Program-made: the position numbers and the translations under genes
In this document: piece by piece, positions 44,390 to 54,353 of the stretch
Layout: every line of letters begins with the position of its first letter
Position numbering within the stretch: position 1 is the stretch's first letter
Assembly (NCBI GenBank): GCA_022749935.1
Contig: JAKIWQ010000003.1
Location: forward strand, 25,138-89,137
Direction of reading: 5' to 3'
DNA: 64,000 nucleotides
From: Thermoplasmata archaeon
GTDB taxonomy: Archaea > Thermoplasmatota > Thermoplasmata > Lutacidiplasmatales > UBA184
Notes under the pieces: generated by a model
Seen by the model: the letters and a program-made list of their open reading frames with translations, nothing else
What the model was told of the DNA's origin: nothing
Database searches by the model: none

Positions 44390-44866
44390 GTGGGGGCGTA
44401 CTACGTGCTCGTCCGAGGCCCCTTAGGTATCGGAAAGTCCACGGTGTCGAAACTTCTGGCGAACCAGATCGGGGGCCAGGTCATCTCGATTGACCAGATT
44501 CTCGAGGATCACGACCTCTGGGAGTCGGGGGCTCGCTCCGAGTTTCTGACCGCCAACGAGTTCGCCGCGGAACAGGGGCGGGCGCTCCTGCTCCGAGGTA
44601 TTCCGGTGATCTTCGACGGCAACTTCTACTGGGAGGAACAGATCGAGAATTTGGTCGGACGGTTGAACTTCCGGCACTATGTGTTCACGCTCGCCGCGCC
44701 GCTCGCCGTGTGCATCGAGCGGGACCAGCGCCGAGAGAAACCGCACGGGCGCGCGGGGGCGAAGGCGGTCTACGCGAAGGCCACGGCGTTCGATTGGGGA
44801 ATCGGGATCGACGCGACCGGCCCTCTGGAGGCCACGGTCGAGGAGATCGTCTCCCACTTGTCCTGA
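44390..44866 (+). CDS. P-loop kinase-like ATPase (AAA_33-like)
   Basis: Distal part of track ORF 44039..44866, starting at GTG 44390 or 44360. Contains Walker A GPLGIGKST; the small size fits this class. Confidence 0.55.
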   Translation: MGAYYVLVRGPLGIGKSTVSKLLANQIGGQVISIDQILEDHDLWESGARSEFLTANEFAAEQGRALLLRGIPVIFDGNFYWEEQIENLVGRLNFRHYVFTLAAPLAVCIERDQRREKPHGRAGAKAVYAKATAFDWGIGIDATGPLEATVEEIVSHLS

Positions 44867-44910
44867 GCCGGAGCCACCACGACCGGAAGGCGCACGCTCC
44901 CGCGGGGGGT

Positions 44911-45345
44911 TCACGTCTTCCGGGCGAGTGCCCTGACCGCGGGCGCGTCCTCGTTGAATTCCCGCTGGAGCCAATCCCGTACATGCTGCTCGAGCTGACC
45001 CGAAGGAATCGTGCTCGAGACGAACTCGCCGACGACGTCGATCTGGGTCTTCTCCCCTCGGGGAGTGTAGAGGTAGACCATGGTCGACCCGGTGAGAGGG
45101 CCCGAGACCCACTCAAACGCGAAGCCGAGGGGCTGAAGGACCGTGATCTGGATCGACTCCCCCGTCCATTGTCCCCGGGACTCCCGTTCGACGGTATACA
45201 CGAACACGGTGGGGGAGACCGGCTTGAACGAGGGATTTCGGGTCGAGGTGTGGGCCCGAGCATGGGTGGCCGCATCCTCGTGATACTTCCAGACCACGTC
45301 GATCGGCGCCTCGAACAGGCTCCCTTCGTCCTTGATGTGCACCAT
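44911..45345 (-). CDS. SRPBCC/START-like domain protein
   Basis: 144-aa ORF whose pattern fits a beta-rich fold with a long C-terminal helix. This is weak recognition only. Confidence 0.4.
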   Translation of the reverse strand: MVHIKDEGSLFEAPIDVVWKYHEDAATHARAHTSTRNPSFKPVSPTVFVYTVERESRGQWTGESIQITVLQPLGFAFEWVSGPLTGSTMVYLYTPRGEKTQIDVVGEFVSSTIPSGQLEQHVRDWLQREFNEDAPAVRALARKT

Positions 45346-45460
45346 GGGTGGTTCTCCCGGGGGTCGAACCAGCCAGCGGTAGGACCCTTATGACCGTACA
45401 GAAGCACGCACTGGTGGGCCGGGCCCAGGAGCGGAGATTCCGGGGTCCGGCTTGAGTCAG

Positions 45461-45470
45461 TTTTATATAG
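45461..45470 (+). promoter_or_regulatory. Strong TATA box (TTTTATATAG) upstream of the thermosome gene
   Basis: The most AT-rich decamer in the spacer, 31-40 nt upstream of the ATG at 45501. Confidence 0.55.
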
Positions 45471-45500
45471 AAGTGCAAGTCTGTCCGGATTGGTGACCAC

Positions 45501-47126
45501 ATGCTTCAGGGTACCCCAATCCTCGTCCTGAAAGAAGGCACAGAGCGCGAACGCGGCAAGGGCGCTACGGCGAACAACATCGCCGCGGCTCGGGCGGTGG
45601 CGGATGCGGTCCGCACGACCCTCGGTCCGCGCGGTATGGACAAGATGCTGGTCGACTCCATGGGAGACATCACCATCACGAACGACGGCGTCACGATCTT
45701 GAAAGAGGTCGACGTCGAGCACCCCGCGGCCAAGATGATCGTGGAGGTCGCCAAGACCCAGGATCAACAGTGCGGGGACGGCACGACCACCGCGGTCGTG
45801 CTCGCCGGCGAGCTATTGAAGCGCTCCGAGTCGCTCCTCGAACAGAACGTCCACCCCACGGTCATCACCCGCGGGTTCCAATTGGCCCTCCAAGAGGCCA
45901 AGCGCCTCCTCGAGACCGAGATCGGCACGCCGGTCAAGGCCGACGACGAAGCCATCCTCCTCGATTGCGCGACTACCGCGATGGGCTCGAAGGGCGTCTA
46001 CGGTTCCCGGGAGCACCTCGCGAAGATCGCCGTAAAGGCGGTCCAGAAGATCGCCGAGACACGGGGCGGAAAGACCGTCGCGGACGTCGACCAGATCAAG
46101 GTCGAGAAGCGGCACGGCGGTACGATCGGCGACACGGAGCTCCTGGACGGTATCCTGCTCGACAAGGAGCGGGGCCACCCCCGGATGCCCGGCGAGGTCA
46201 CGAACGCCAAGATCGCCCTGCTGAACAGCTCCCTCGAGGTCAAGAAGACCGAGATCGAGAGCAAGATCAACATCAAGAATCCGGCGCAGATCCAGAGCTT
46301 CCTCGATGAGGAAGACAAGACGTTCCGGAAGATGGTCGAGACGATCAAGGCCTCCGGCGCGAACGTCGTGGTCTGCCAGAAGGGGATCGACGACGTCGTT
46401 CTCCACTACCTCGCCAAGGAGAAGATCTACGCCATCAAGCAGGTCAAGGAGTCCGACCTCCAGAAGCTCGCCCGGGCGACCGGCGGGAAGATCGTGACCG
46501 GCGTGAAGGAGCTCACCTCGGCGGACCTCGGCACCGCGGCCCGCGTGGAGGAGCGAAAGATCGGGGATGACGACATGACGTTCGTCACCGGCTGCGCCAA
46601 CCCCCGTTCGGTCTCGATCCTCATCCGCGGCGGCACGGAGCATGTCACCCAGGAAGTCGAGCGCTCCCTCCAGGACGCGTTGAAGGTGGTCGCGAGCGTG
46701 CTCGAGGACGGCGTCGTCTGTCCGGGCGGCGGCGCGACCGAGATCGACCTCTCCGTCAAGCTGCGGAAGTGGGCGGGAACCGTCGGCGGCCGGGAGCAAC
46801 TGGCCGTCGAGGCGTTCGCTCAGGCGCTCGAATCCGTTCCGTGGGCGCTGGCCGAGAACGGCGGGTACGACGCCATCGACACCTTGATCGAGCTGCGGAG
46901 CGCCCACGAGGGCCCCAATGCGAACAAGAACGTCGGCGTGAACCTGGCGGACGGCAAGGCCGCGGACATGTGGAAGCTCCGCGTGGTCGAGCCCGCCCGC
47001 GTGAAGCGGCAGGCGCTCAGCTCGGCGGCCGAGGTCGCCTCGATGGTCCTTCGGATCGATGACATCATCGCCTCGAAGAAGACTTCCGGCCCGCCAGGCG
47101 GCGGGGCGGGCGGCCACGACCACTAG
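45501..47126 (+). CDS. ths: Thermosome subunit (group II chaperonin)
   Basis: 541-aa ORF with [16 protein letters not shown], the ITNDGVTIL motifs and a C-terminal G-rich tail. Confidence 0.95.
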   Translation: MLQGTPILVLKEGTERERGKGATANNIAAARAVADAVRTTLGPRGMDKMLVDSMGDITITNDGVTILKEVDVEHPAAKMIVEVAKTQDQQCGDGTTTAVVLAGELLKRSESLLEQNVHPTVITRGFQLALQEAKRLLETEIGTPVKADDEAILLDCATTAMGSKGVYGSREHLAKIAVKAVQKIAETRGGKTVADVDQIKVEKRHGGTIGDTELLDGILLDKERGHPRMPGEVTNAKIALLNSSLEVKKTEIESKINIKNPAQIQSFLDEEDKTFRKMVETIKASGANVVVCQKGIDDVVLHYLAKEKIYAIKQVKESDLQKLARATGGKIVTGVKELTSADLGTAARVEERKIGDDDMTFVTGCANPRSVSILIRGGTEHVTQEVERSLQDALKVVASVLEDGVVCPGGGATEIDLSVKLRKWAGTVGGREQLAVEAFAQALESVPWALAENGGYDAIDTLIELRSAHEGPNANKNVGVNLADGKAADMWKLRVVEPARVKRQALSSAAEVASMVLRIDDIIASKKTSGPPGGGAGGHDH

Positions 47127-47222
47127 GCACTCCCACGAACCCTTTCCTCCCTTCGCCACCGCCGGCGGACCGTCCGGATTTCGGCGAAGGCTTCATAACA
47201 GGGAACGGGTAGGCCGCCCACC

Positions 47223-47624
47223 ATGCGCACGAAGCAGGTCGAAGGCGTGCTGCGCCTGGACGTCGTCGCCCTCGAACCGCGTCCCGCGATCTACCTCGTG
47301 TACGATGGGCTCGCCGGCGTTAGCCAGCGCCCGATCCTCAGAGACCTGGTCGATGAGCTCGCGCGCAAGGGTCCCCAGGAACTCGCAAAATTCATCGACA
47401 CCCTCCGGCGCCGGCACTCCGGTCAGGTGCACGTCTACTTCGCCGACTACGTCAGCTACGGGATCGGCGGCGGGGATGCGACCTCGGAGTTCTTCCTCGG
47501 AACCTTCCTCGTCCTGCATGAGGCCGCCCGGGCCGCCGGGGAGGGTCCCGCGGTGCCCGAGCACCTCGCCCTCTTCCGCCCGGGGGGCGTCGAGCGGCTC
47601 GCCCTCGAAGGCGTCGCCACCTAG
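47223..47624 (+). CDS. Hypothetical protein (133 aa)
   Basis: GC-rich third positions and a globular-looking composition. The competing minus-strand ORF 47193..47888 is R/G/P-rich. No family recognised. Confidence 0.45.
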   Translation: MRTKQVEGVLRLDVVALEPRPAIYLVYDGLAGVSQRPILRDLVDELARKGPQELAKFIDTLRRRHSGQVHVYFADYVSYGIGGGDATSEFFLGTFLVLHEAARAAGEGPAVPEHLALFRPGGVERLALEGVAT

Positions 47625-47681
47625 ACGTCCCGCGCAAGAACCATCTGCTAGTCCCGGCCTCCCCCCGCCGGACCGAGACGG

Positions 47682-49157
47682 ATGACGGACGAAACCCCCC
47701 TCGAACACGAACGCCGCTCCAAGGTCGCGCGGTGGCGATCCGAGGGTCGGGAGCCGTATCCCTGGAACTTCTCCGGGCGGGTCCCGACCGAGACGGTCCG
47801 GGTGCGGTGCTCGACGCTCTCTTCGGGCGAAGAAGCCCCCGGTGAAACGGCCCGGGTCGCGGGCCGGCTTCGGGCGCTCCGGGTCCACGGGCGCACGGCG
47901 TTCGCCGACCTCGACGACCTTTCCGGGAGCCTCCAGCTCCTCTTGCGGGCCGACGTGATCGGGGAGGAGGCGTATCAGCAGTGGGTCGCCGACCTCGATT
48001 CCGGGGACATGATCGGGGCCGAAGGTGCCCCGGCGCTGTCCCGACGGGGCGAGCCATCGTTGCTCGTACGCCGCCTCGAACTCCTAGCCAAGGCGATCGC
48101 TCCCCCTCCCGAGAAGTACCATGGACTCCAGGATGTCGAGGAGCGTCTCCGGCGGCGGTACCTGGACCTCCTCGCTTCACCCGAAACCCGCCAGCGGTTC
48201 CGAGTGCGCTCCTTGCTGACGCGGGAGACCCGGACCTTCTTCGAGGAGTCGGGATTCCTCGAGGTGGAGACCTCCACGCTCGTCCCGGTCGCGGGCGGTG
48301 GCGCCGCCCGGCCGTTCGTCACGCGCTCGGGGTATCTCGACCAGGAGGTCCAACTCCGCATCGCTCTCGAACTCGCGTTGAAGCGCCTCATCGTCGGGGG
48401 TCTCGAGCGGGTCTTCGAGGTGGGAAAGTGCTTCCGGAACGAAGACCTCGACACCACCCACTCGCCCGAGTTCACGATGCTCGAGGCATACTGGGCGTAC
48501 GCCGATTACCTGGACATGCGGGCGCTGACCGAGCGACTCTACGCGCGCCTCGCCACCCGGGCCGCGGCCCTCCTTCCCGAGGTTGCCGAGGCGCAAGAGG
48601 CGGCGCGGGCGTTCGCGGGGGGGTTCCTCACGATCGACTTCGTGGACGAGCTCGAACGGACGAGCGGGGTCTCCGGGATCCTCGAGAAGACCCCCGACCA
48701 ACTGAGGGAGCTCGCGCGCGCGGCCGGGTCCACCGTTCCGGCCGATTCCCCGCCCGGCGTCTTCCTCGACAAGTTGTTCGAGCACTACGTCGAACCGAAC
48801 CTCACCCGCCCGACCTTCGTCATGGACCATCCGATCTCCACCACCCCGCTCGCCAAGCGGCACCGGCGTCTCGCCGGTCGCGTCGAGCGGTTCGAGTTCT
48901 ACTTCCGTGGGTTCGAACTCGGGAACGCGTACACCGAACTCACGGACCCCGACGAGCAGGAGCGGCGCTTCCAAGAGCAGCTCGAGGCCCGGGCCGAGTA
49001 CCGGTTCGTCTACGACGCCGACTTCATCCGGGCCCTTCGCCACGGGATGCCTCCGACCGCGGGGATCGGGATCGGGATGGACCGCATGGTGATGGCGCTC
49101 ACGGGGGCGGCCTCCATCAAGGACGTGATCCTCTTCCCGCTCGTGCGTACTTCCTAG
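47682..49157 (+). CDS. lysS: Lysyl-tRNA synthetase, class II
   Basis: 491-aa ORF with an OB-fold N-domain, class II motif 2 (FRNEDLDTTHSPEFTMLE) and motif 3 (GIGIGMDRMVM). Confidence 0.9.
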   Translation: MTDETPLEHERRSKVARWRSEGREPYPWNFSGRVPTETVRVRCSTLSSGEEAPGETARVAGRLRALRVHGRTAFADLDDLSGSLQLLLRADVIGEEAYQQWVADLDSGDMIGAEGAPALSRRGEPSLLVRRLELLAKAIAPPPEKYHGLQDVEERLRRRYLDLLASPETRQRFRVRSLLTRETRTFFEESGFLEVETSTLVPVAGGGAARPFVTRSGYLDQEVQLRIALELALKRLIVGGLERVFEVGKCFRNEDLDTTHSPEFTMLEAYWAYADYLDMRALTERLYARLATRAAALLPEVAEAQEAARAFAGGFLTIDFVDELERTSGVSGILEKTPDQLRELARAAGSTVPADSPPGVFLDKLFEHYVEPNLTRPTFVMDHPISTTPLAKRHRRLAGRVERFEFYFRGFELGNAYTELTDPDEQERRFQEQLEARAEYRFVYDADFIRALRHGMPPTAGIGIGMDRMVMALTGAASIKDVILFPLVRTS

Positions 49158-49205
49158 GGGCGACCGCCCGCGGGCTTATCCCCCCGTACGACCGGTGCGT
49201 ACACG

Positions 49206-50006
49206 ATGTCCTCCCCGACGGGCGGTACCGCACCTCTCCCGCTCCGCGTCGACGACCTTTCGGTCGTCTACGGCGAGCGGCGCGCCGTGGACCGGCTCAC
49301 CTTCGAGGTCCGACCGGGCGAGATCTACGGGTTGCTGGGGTCGAACGGCGCGGGGAAGTCGAGCACGATCAAGTCGATCGTCGGGCTCGTCCGCCCGGCC
49401 GGTGGGACCATCCGGGTCTTCGGACTCGACGCGGTGCACGAATCCCTCCGCACCAAGGCCCAGATCGGGTACGTCCCCGAGACCTCGATGTTGTACGAGG
49501 CGTTGACCCCGCACGAGTTCCTCGAGTTCGTGGCCAGCGTGCGCCGCCTCGAGCCGCGTCGGTCCGCGGACCGGGTCCGCAACCTCGTCACCGCCTTCCG
49601 GCTCTCCGAGGAGTTCGACGAGCCGATCGCATCGCTCTCGAACGGGACCCGTCAGAAGGTGCTCCTCGTCGCGGCCCTCCTCCACGAACCCCCGCTCCTC
49701 GTCCTGGACGAACCGATGAACCACCTCGACCCCCGTTCGTTGCGTCTCATGAAGGACCTGCTCGCCCAGTATGTCCGGAACGGAGAACGGGGGGTGCTGT
49801 TCTCCACCCACGCGATGGAGATCGCCGAGCAGCTCTGCCACCGGGTCGGGATCCTCGACCACGGCGTCCTTCGGGGCGAAGGGACGGTCGCGGGGCTGCG
49901 GGAGCGCGGGGTGGAGGGGGACGCCTCTCTCGAGGAGATCTTCCTGCATCTCACCGCGGAGGACGAAGGGGTCCGGGCCGCGCTGGCCTCGCTTGAGAGG
50001 ACGTAG
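49206..50006 (+). CDS. ABC transporter ATP-binding protein
   Basis: 266-aa ORF with Walker A GSNGAGKSS, signature LSNGTRQ and Walker B LLVLDEP. Confidence 0.9.
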   Translation: MSSPTGGTAPLPLRVDDLSVVYGERRAVDRLTFEVRPGEIYGLLGSNGAGKSSTIKSIVGLVRPAGGTIRVFGLDAVHESLRTKAQIGYVPETSMLYEALTPHEFLEFVASVRRLEPRRSADRVRNLVTAFRLSEEFDEPIASLSNGTRQKVLLVAALLHEPPLLVLDEPMNHLDPRSLRLMKDLLAQYVRNGERGVLFSTHAMEIAEQLCHRVGILDHGVLRGEGTVAGLRERGVEGDASLEEIFLHLTAEDEGVRAALASLERT

Positions 50007-50007
50007 G

Positions 50008-51675
50008 ATGGGGTGGCGGGCCGCGTACCGCCTCAGTCAGGTCGCCTTCGCGGAGCTCTCGTTCCAGGCGATCTACGCGTTCCGCCAAGGCAACCTCCTA
50101 CCGCCCGGCGACGCGTCGAAGCTCGCGACTCGGGCCCGCTCCCGCGTGTTGCAGAGCAAGGCCCTCGTGGCCGGGTTGCTCGGATTCCTGGCGGTCGGGG
50201 CTTCGTTCCTCCTGCACGACGCGGGCATCGTCACCGCGCGCCTCCTCCCCTATCCGATCCCGGTGCCCGTGTTCGACGCGGGCGTGTTGACCGCGCTTCT
50301 GAGTCTCGACGTGGCGTTCCTCTGGTGGACCGGTCTGCAAGTGTTGCCGACCTTCCTCTCGTCCGGTGTCCTCCCGGTGCTCGAACCGCTCCCGATCGAC
50401 GAGCGGACCCTTCGGCAGACCGCCACGCTGCTCTACCTCCGCCTCTTCGACCTGCCCATCCTCACCCTCCTCATCGTCACCCCGTTGCTCGTGGGACTCG
50501 CGCTCAATCCCCTCGCCGGACTCGCCCTGCTGCCGGGGCTCCTCACCGCGGTGATCTTCGCGCTCACGCTCGCCCTCGTGACCGGACGATTCTTCGTGCG
50601 ACGCGTGCAGGGGTCACGCGGCGGAGGCGGCCGGACCCTCCTACGGTGGGCGTACCTCGTCCTTTGGGTCGTTCCGGCGTTCGCCATGTTCGGGTTCGTC
50701 ACTCTCGCACCCACCTTCTTCAGTACGCTTTCGAGCCTGACCGCCGGAGGCCCCTCCGCCGGCCTCGACCTGTTGTGGTCAGCCTTCCCGTTCCCCCTCG
50801 CCGCCCTCCCGTCTCTGACGACCGCGGGAAGCGGAACCCTTCCGCTCGGAGGCGCCGGCCTCGGGTTCCTGGTCGTCTCGACCTCGGGGTATCTCCTCCT
50901 TGGAACAGCGGCGGCGCTCTGGATGGGCCGGACCCTCCACGAGATCGGACTCACGCCGCCGGGAGTACCCACCCCTCCTCGGACCGGATCGCTCGACCTC
51001 CGCACCACCGGCCCGGTGTACTCGGTCCTCGTCAAGGACCTGCGGATGGCCAGCCGAACCCCCGGCTACGCCTTCCTCATCCTGCTTCCAATCCTGGACG
51101 CGGTCGCGCTCGGTTTGCTCACGTACTTCACCGGTCCCCGGCCCGGGACCGCGACCTCGGTGGCCCTCGGTGCGGTGACGACCGCTGCCTTGCTCGCAAC
51201 CTTCTTCGGACCGGCGTTCTTCGCGATCGAGGTGGTGGCGTACTCCTACGGTCGGACGCTCCCGCTCTCCGACCGGACCCTCGTGCTCGGGAAGGTCGCC
51301 CTCATCGCGGCCGTCTATCTCGTGGCCGGTGGCCTCGTCCTGGCGATCGCCGACCTCCGCGTCGACCAACCCCTCGTGTTCGCGGGATTCGTCGCCGCGG
51401 AGCTCCCGGCGGTCATCGCCGCCTCGCTGCTCGAGCTCGGGATCCTCTTGCAGCGGGCCCGGCGCCGCGGAATGCCCCTCGTGAACCTCTATACGGGCGC
51501 CTGGGTGGCGTTGGCCGTGTCCATTCCGGGCCTCTTCGTCGCGGCGGCGCCCCTCGTGGCGTACGAGTCGCTGCAGGGCGGGTCGGGGCTGGTCGCGGTT
51601 GGAGGGATGGCCCTGGTCGCCCTCGCGAGCCTGGCCCTCATCGCACCCTTCGTCCTCGCACGGGGTGAGCCGTGA
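50008..51675 (+). CDS. Multi-pass membrane protein, putative permease partner of the ABC ATPase
   Basis: ATG 50008 lies 1 nt after the ABC stop; this is the distal part of track ORF 49771..51675. It is 555 aa with many hydrophobic segments. Confidence 0.6.
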   Translation: MGWRAAYRLSQVAFAELSFQAIYAFRQGNLLPPGDASKLATRARSRVLQSKALVAGLLGFLAVGASFLLHDAGIVTARLLPYPIPVPVFDAGVLTALLSLDVAFLWWTGLQVLPTFLSSGVLPVLEPLPIDERTLRQTATLLYLRLFDLPILTLLIVTPLLVGLALNPLAGLALLPGLLTAVIFALTLALVTGRFFVRRVQGSRGGGGRTLLRWAYLVLWVVPAFAMFGFVTLAPTFFSTLSSLTAGGPSAGLDLLWSAFPFPLAALPSLTTAGSGTLPLGGAGLGFLVVSTSGYLLLGTAAALWMGRTLHEIGLTPPGVPTPPRTGSLDLRTTGPVYSVLVKDLRMASRTPGYAFLILLPILDAVALGLLTYFTGPRPGTATSVALGAVTTAALLATFFGPAFFAIEVVAYSYGRTLPLSDRTLVLGKVALIAAVYLVAGGLVLAIADLRVDQPLVFAGFVAAELPAVIAASLLELGILLQRARRRGMPLVNLYTGAWVALAVSIPGLFVAAAPLVAYESLQGGSGLVAVGGMALVALASLALIAPFVLARGEP

Positions 51676-54353
51676 CCGCCCCGGCCCTCGCGTCCCGGTA
51701 CGAACCGCGGGAGATCGAAGCCCGGTGGCAGGCCGCTTGGAACGACGCCGGGATCTTCCGTGCCCCCGAGCGACCGGCGGGGATTCCGTTCTCCCTGATC
51801 CTCCCCCCACCGAACGTCACGGGGGTCCTCACCCTCGGTCACATGCTCGGGGACACCGTCATGGACCTTCTCGCTCGGTGGCACCGGATGCGGGGAGAAC
51901 CGACCCTCTGGGTCCCCTCGGTCGACCACGCCGGACTCTCGACCCAGGTCGCCGTCCGGCGAGCGCTGGCGAAAGAGGGGGTTCGATTCGAGGAACTCCC
52001 CGCCGAGGAGGCTCGCTCCCAGGTCGAGAAGTGGCGGGCGGTGCACGAGGCCCGGATCCGGGAACAGACCGTCGCCGGCGGTTTCTCGCTCGACTGGAGT
52101 CGGTACCGGTACACGATGGACCCCGCGGCGGTTCGGGCGACCCGCGAGGTGTTCGTCCGACTTCACCGGGAGGGGTTGATCTATCGGGCGGAGCGGATGG
52201 TGAATTGGGACCCCCGCCTTCGGACGGCCCTCTCCGACCTCGAGGTCGTCCACTCGGAGGAGGAAGGTTCCCTCGTCCACCTCTGCTACCGGTGGGCGGA
52301 TGGCTCGCCGGGAGGATTGGAGGTCGCGACGGCCCGCCCGGAAACGATCTTCGGGGATGTCGCGGTCGCGGTCCACCCGGACGACCCGCGCCACACCTCC
52401 GCCCTCGGTCGGGAGGTCATCGTCCCGCTGACGGATCGGCGGATCCCCGTGATCACGGACGAGGCGATCGACCCCGGGTTCGGCTCGGGGGCCCTGAAGG
52501 TAACTCCCCGACACGACCTGGTCGACTACGAGGTCTTCCGTCGGCATCCCGGACTCCCGATGCCCCCCGACGTCCTCGACGATCGTGGGCGTCTCGCGAG
52601 CGACTGGGTCCCCGCCGAGTTCCGGGGGCTGGACCGGGACGCGGGACGGGTGCAGACGCTCGAGCGATTGCGCGCCGAGGGGTTCGTCCTGCGCGAGGTC
52701 GTGTACCGGCACTCGGTCGCCCGGTCCGAGCGGTCCGAGGAGGTGGTCGAGCCCCGCCTCTCGACCCAGTGGTTCGTGCGGGTCGCCCCGCTGGCCGCTC
52801 CGGCGGTCGCCTCGGTCCGCGAGGGCCGTGTGCGGATCCACCCCGACCGGTGGACCCTGACCTTCCACCGGTGGATGGAAGCGATCCAGGATTGGTGCAT
52901 CTCCCGTCAGGTGCTCTGGGGTCACCCGATCCCCGTCTCCCACTGCACGCCCTGCGGGCACGACACCGTCTCGGTGGAGACGGTCGAGACGTGCGAACAG
53001 TGCGGCTCGCGCGACCTTGACCCCGACCCGGACGTGCTGGATACCTGGTTCACCTCCTGGCTCTGGCCGTTCGCCGCGCTGGGGTGGCCGGAACCGACCT
53101 CCGACCTCGCCCACTACTATCCGACCAGCGTCCTCGTCACCGGGCGCGACATCATGTTCTTCTGGGTCGCCCGGATGATGATGGCGGGGGAGCATTTCAC
53201 CGGGCGGGCGCCGTTCTCGGACGTCTACTTCACCGGCATGCTGCGGGACGAGACCGGCCGACGCATGTCCAAGCACCTTGGGAACTCCCCCGACCCGATC
53301 GACGTGATGCGGGAGCGGGGCGTCGACGCCCTCCGCTTCGGGCTGGTCTTCCCCAACCCCACCGAGGAGGACGGTCCGTTCGGGAGCGCGACCCTCGAGG
53401 GAGGGGCGCACTTCCTGACGAAGCTCTGGAACCTGGTCCGATTCACCCTCCTCCACATGCCCGACGGGACGCCGCCCCCATCGGGACCCCCGAACCTCCC
53501 GAACTCGGCGGCGTTGGCGGACCGCTGGATCCTTTCCCGGTGGCGACGCACGGCCGAGGAGGTCGACCGGGCGCTCGGAGCGTTCGAGCCGACCCGAGCC
53601 TCGACCGCGATCTACACCTTCGTCTGGCACGACCTCGCCGACCGCTACGTCGAGATCGTCAAGGAGCGTCTCTTTGGCCGGCTGGGGGAGCCCTCGGCCC
53701 GGGAAGCAAGGGACACCCTCCTCTACGTCGTGGAGCGTACCCTCCGTCTCCTGCATCCGTTCGCGCCGCACCTGACGGAGGAACTCTGGCACGCCGTGCC
53801 GCACGACGGGGAGCTTCTCGCCGCGGCGCGGTGGCCGGTCGCCGGGGAAGCCCCGTCCGACCCGGAGGCCGAGGTCGAGATGGAGACGGTCCTCGAGGCC
53901 GTGCGACTGATGCGGAACCTCCGCTCCGACGAACACATCCCGCTCGAGGTCGTCCCTCCGGCCTGGATCCGCCCGGCGGGACCCGAGGTCGCCCAGTTGC
54001 TCGCGAGGGAACAGGGAACGGTCGAACGGCTCGGTCGGGTCCGTCCGCTCACGTTCCTCGGGTTCGGCTCGCCCAACCCTCCCCGGAGCGGCAGTCGGGT
54101 GGCCGAGCTCGGCGAGTGCTACGTGGAACGCCCCGAGTCCGGCCCCGCCGAATTTGAGACGCTCCGGCGCGAACGGGAGAAGATCTCCGCCCTTCTTGAG
54201 AAGACCCGGGGGCGCCTCGCCGACCAGGGGTTCCGGGCCCGGGCGCCCCCCGAGGTGGTCCGGGAGGCCGAGGAGAAGGTCCGGGAGCTGGCCGAGCGGA
54301 TCGGCCGTATCGATGACCACTTGAAGGGGGACGCCTCGGGGGGCTCACCATGA
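51672..54353 (+). CDS. valS: Valyl-tRNA synthetase
   Basis: 893-aa ORF with PPPNVTGVLTLGHML (HIGH region), RMSKHLGNS (KMSKS region) and a C-terminal coiled coil. The GTG start overlaps the upstream stop. Confidence 0.95.
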   Translation: MTAPALASRYEPREIEARWQAAWNDAGIFRAPERPAGIPFSLILPPPNVTGVLTLGHMLGDTVMDLLARWHRMRGEPTLWVPSVDHAGLSTQVAVRRALAKEGVRFEELPAEEARSQVEKWRAVHEARIREQTVAGGFSLDWSRYRYTMDPAAVRATREVFVRLHREGLIYRAERMVNWDPRLRTALSDLEVVHSEEEGSLVHLCYRWADGSPGGLEVATARPETIFGDVAVAVHPDDPRHTSALGREVIVPLTDRRIPVITDEAIDPGFGSGALKVTPRHDLVDYEVFRRHPGLPMPPDVLDDRGRLASDWVPAEFRGLDRDAGRVQTLERLRAEGFVLREVVYRHSVARSERSEEVVEPRLSTQWFVRVAPLAAPAVASVREGRVRIHPDRWTLTFHRWMEAIQDWCISRQVLWGHPIPVSHCTPCGHDTVSVETVETCEQCGSRDLDPDPDVLDTWFTSWLWPFAALGWPEPTSDLAHYYPTSVLVTGRDIMFFWVARMMMAGEHFTGRAPFSDVYFTGMLRDETGRRMSKHLGNSPDPIDVMRERGVDALRFGLVFPNPTEEDGPFGSATLEGGAHFLTKLWNLVRFTLLHMPDGTPPPSGPPNLPNSAALADRWILSRWRRTAEEVDRALGAFEPTRASTAIYTFVWHDLADRYVEIVKERLFGRLGEPSAREARDTLLYVVERTLRLLHPFAPHLTEELWHAVPHDGELLAAARWPVAGEAPSDPEAEVEMETVLEAVRLMRNLRSDEHIPLEVVPPAWIRPAGPEVAQLLAREQGTVERLGRVRPLTFLGFGSPNPPRSGSRVAELGECYVERPESGPAEFETLRREREKISALLEKTRGRLADQGFRARAPPEVVREAEEKVRELAERIGRIDDHLKGDASGGSP

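Noticed and set aside
51489-54320. 943-aa minus-strand ORF antisense to valS. Similar near full-length antisense or off-frame ORFs occur over pepA (940..2469, 834..2696), mutS (18873..20240), aCPSF1 (25472..27406), sdhA (28311..29957), the thermosome (45813..47159) and the two surface proteins (9292..11475, 59936..61636).
   Set aside because: Each shadows a gene with unambiguous catalytic motifs on the other strand or frame. Their translations are low-complexity R/G/P/D/E-rich strings. This is the expected high-GC artefact rather than evidence of overlapping genes.
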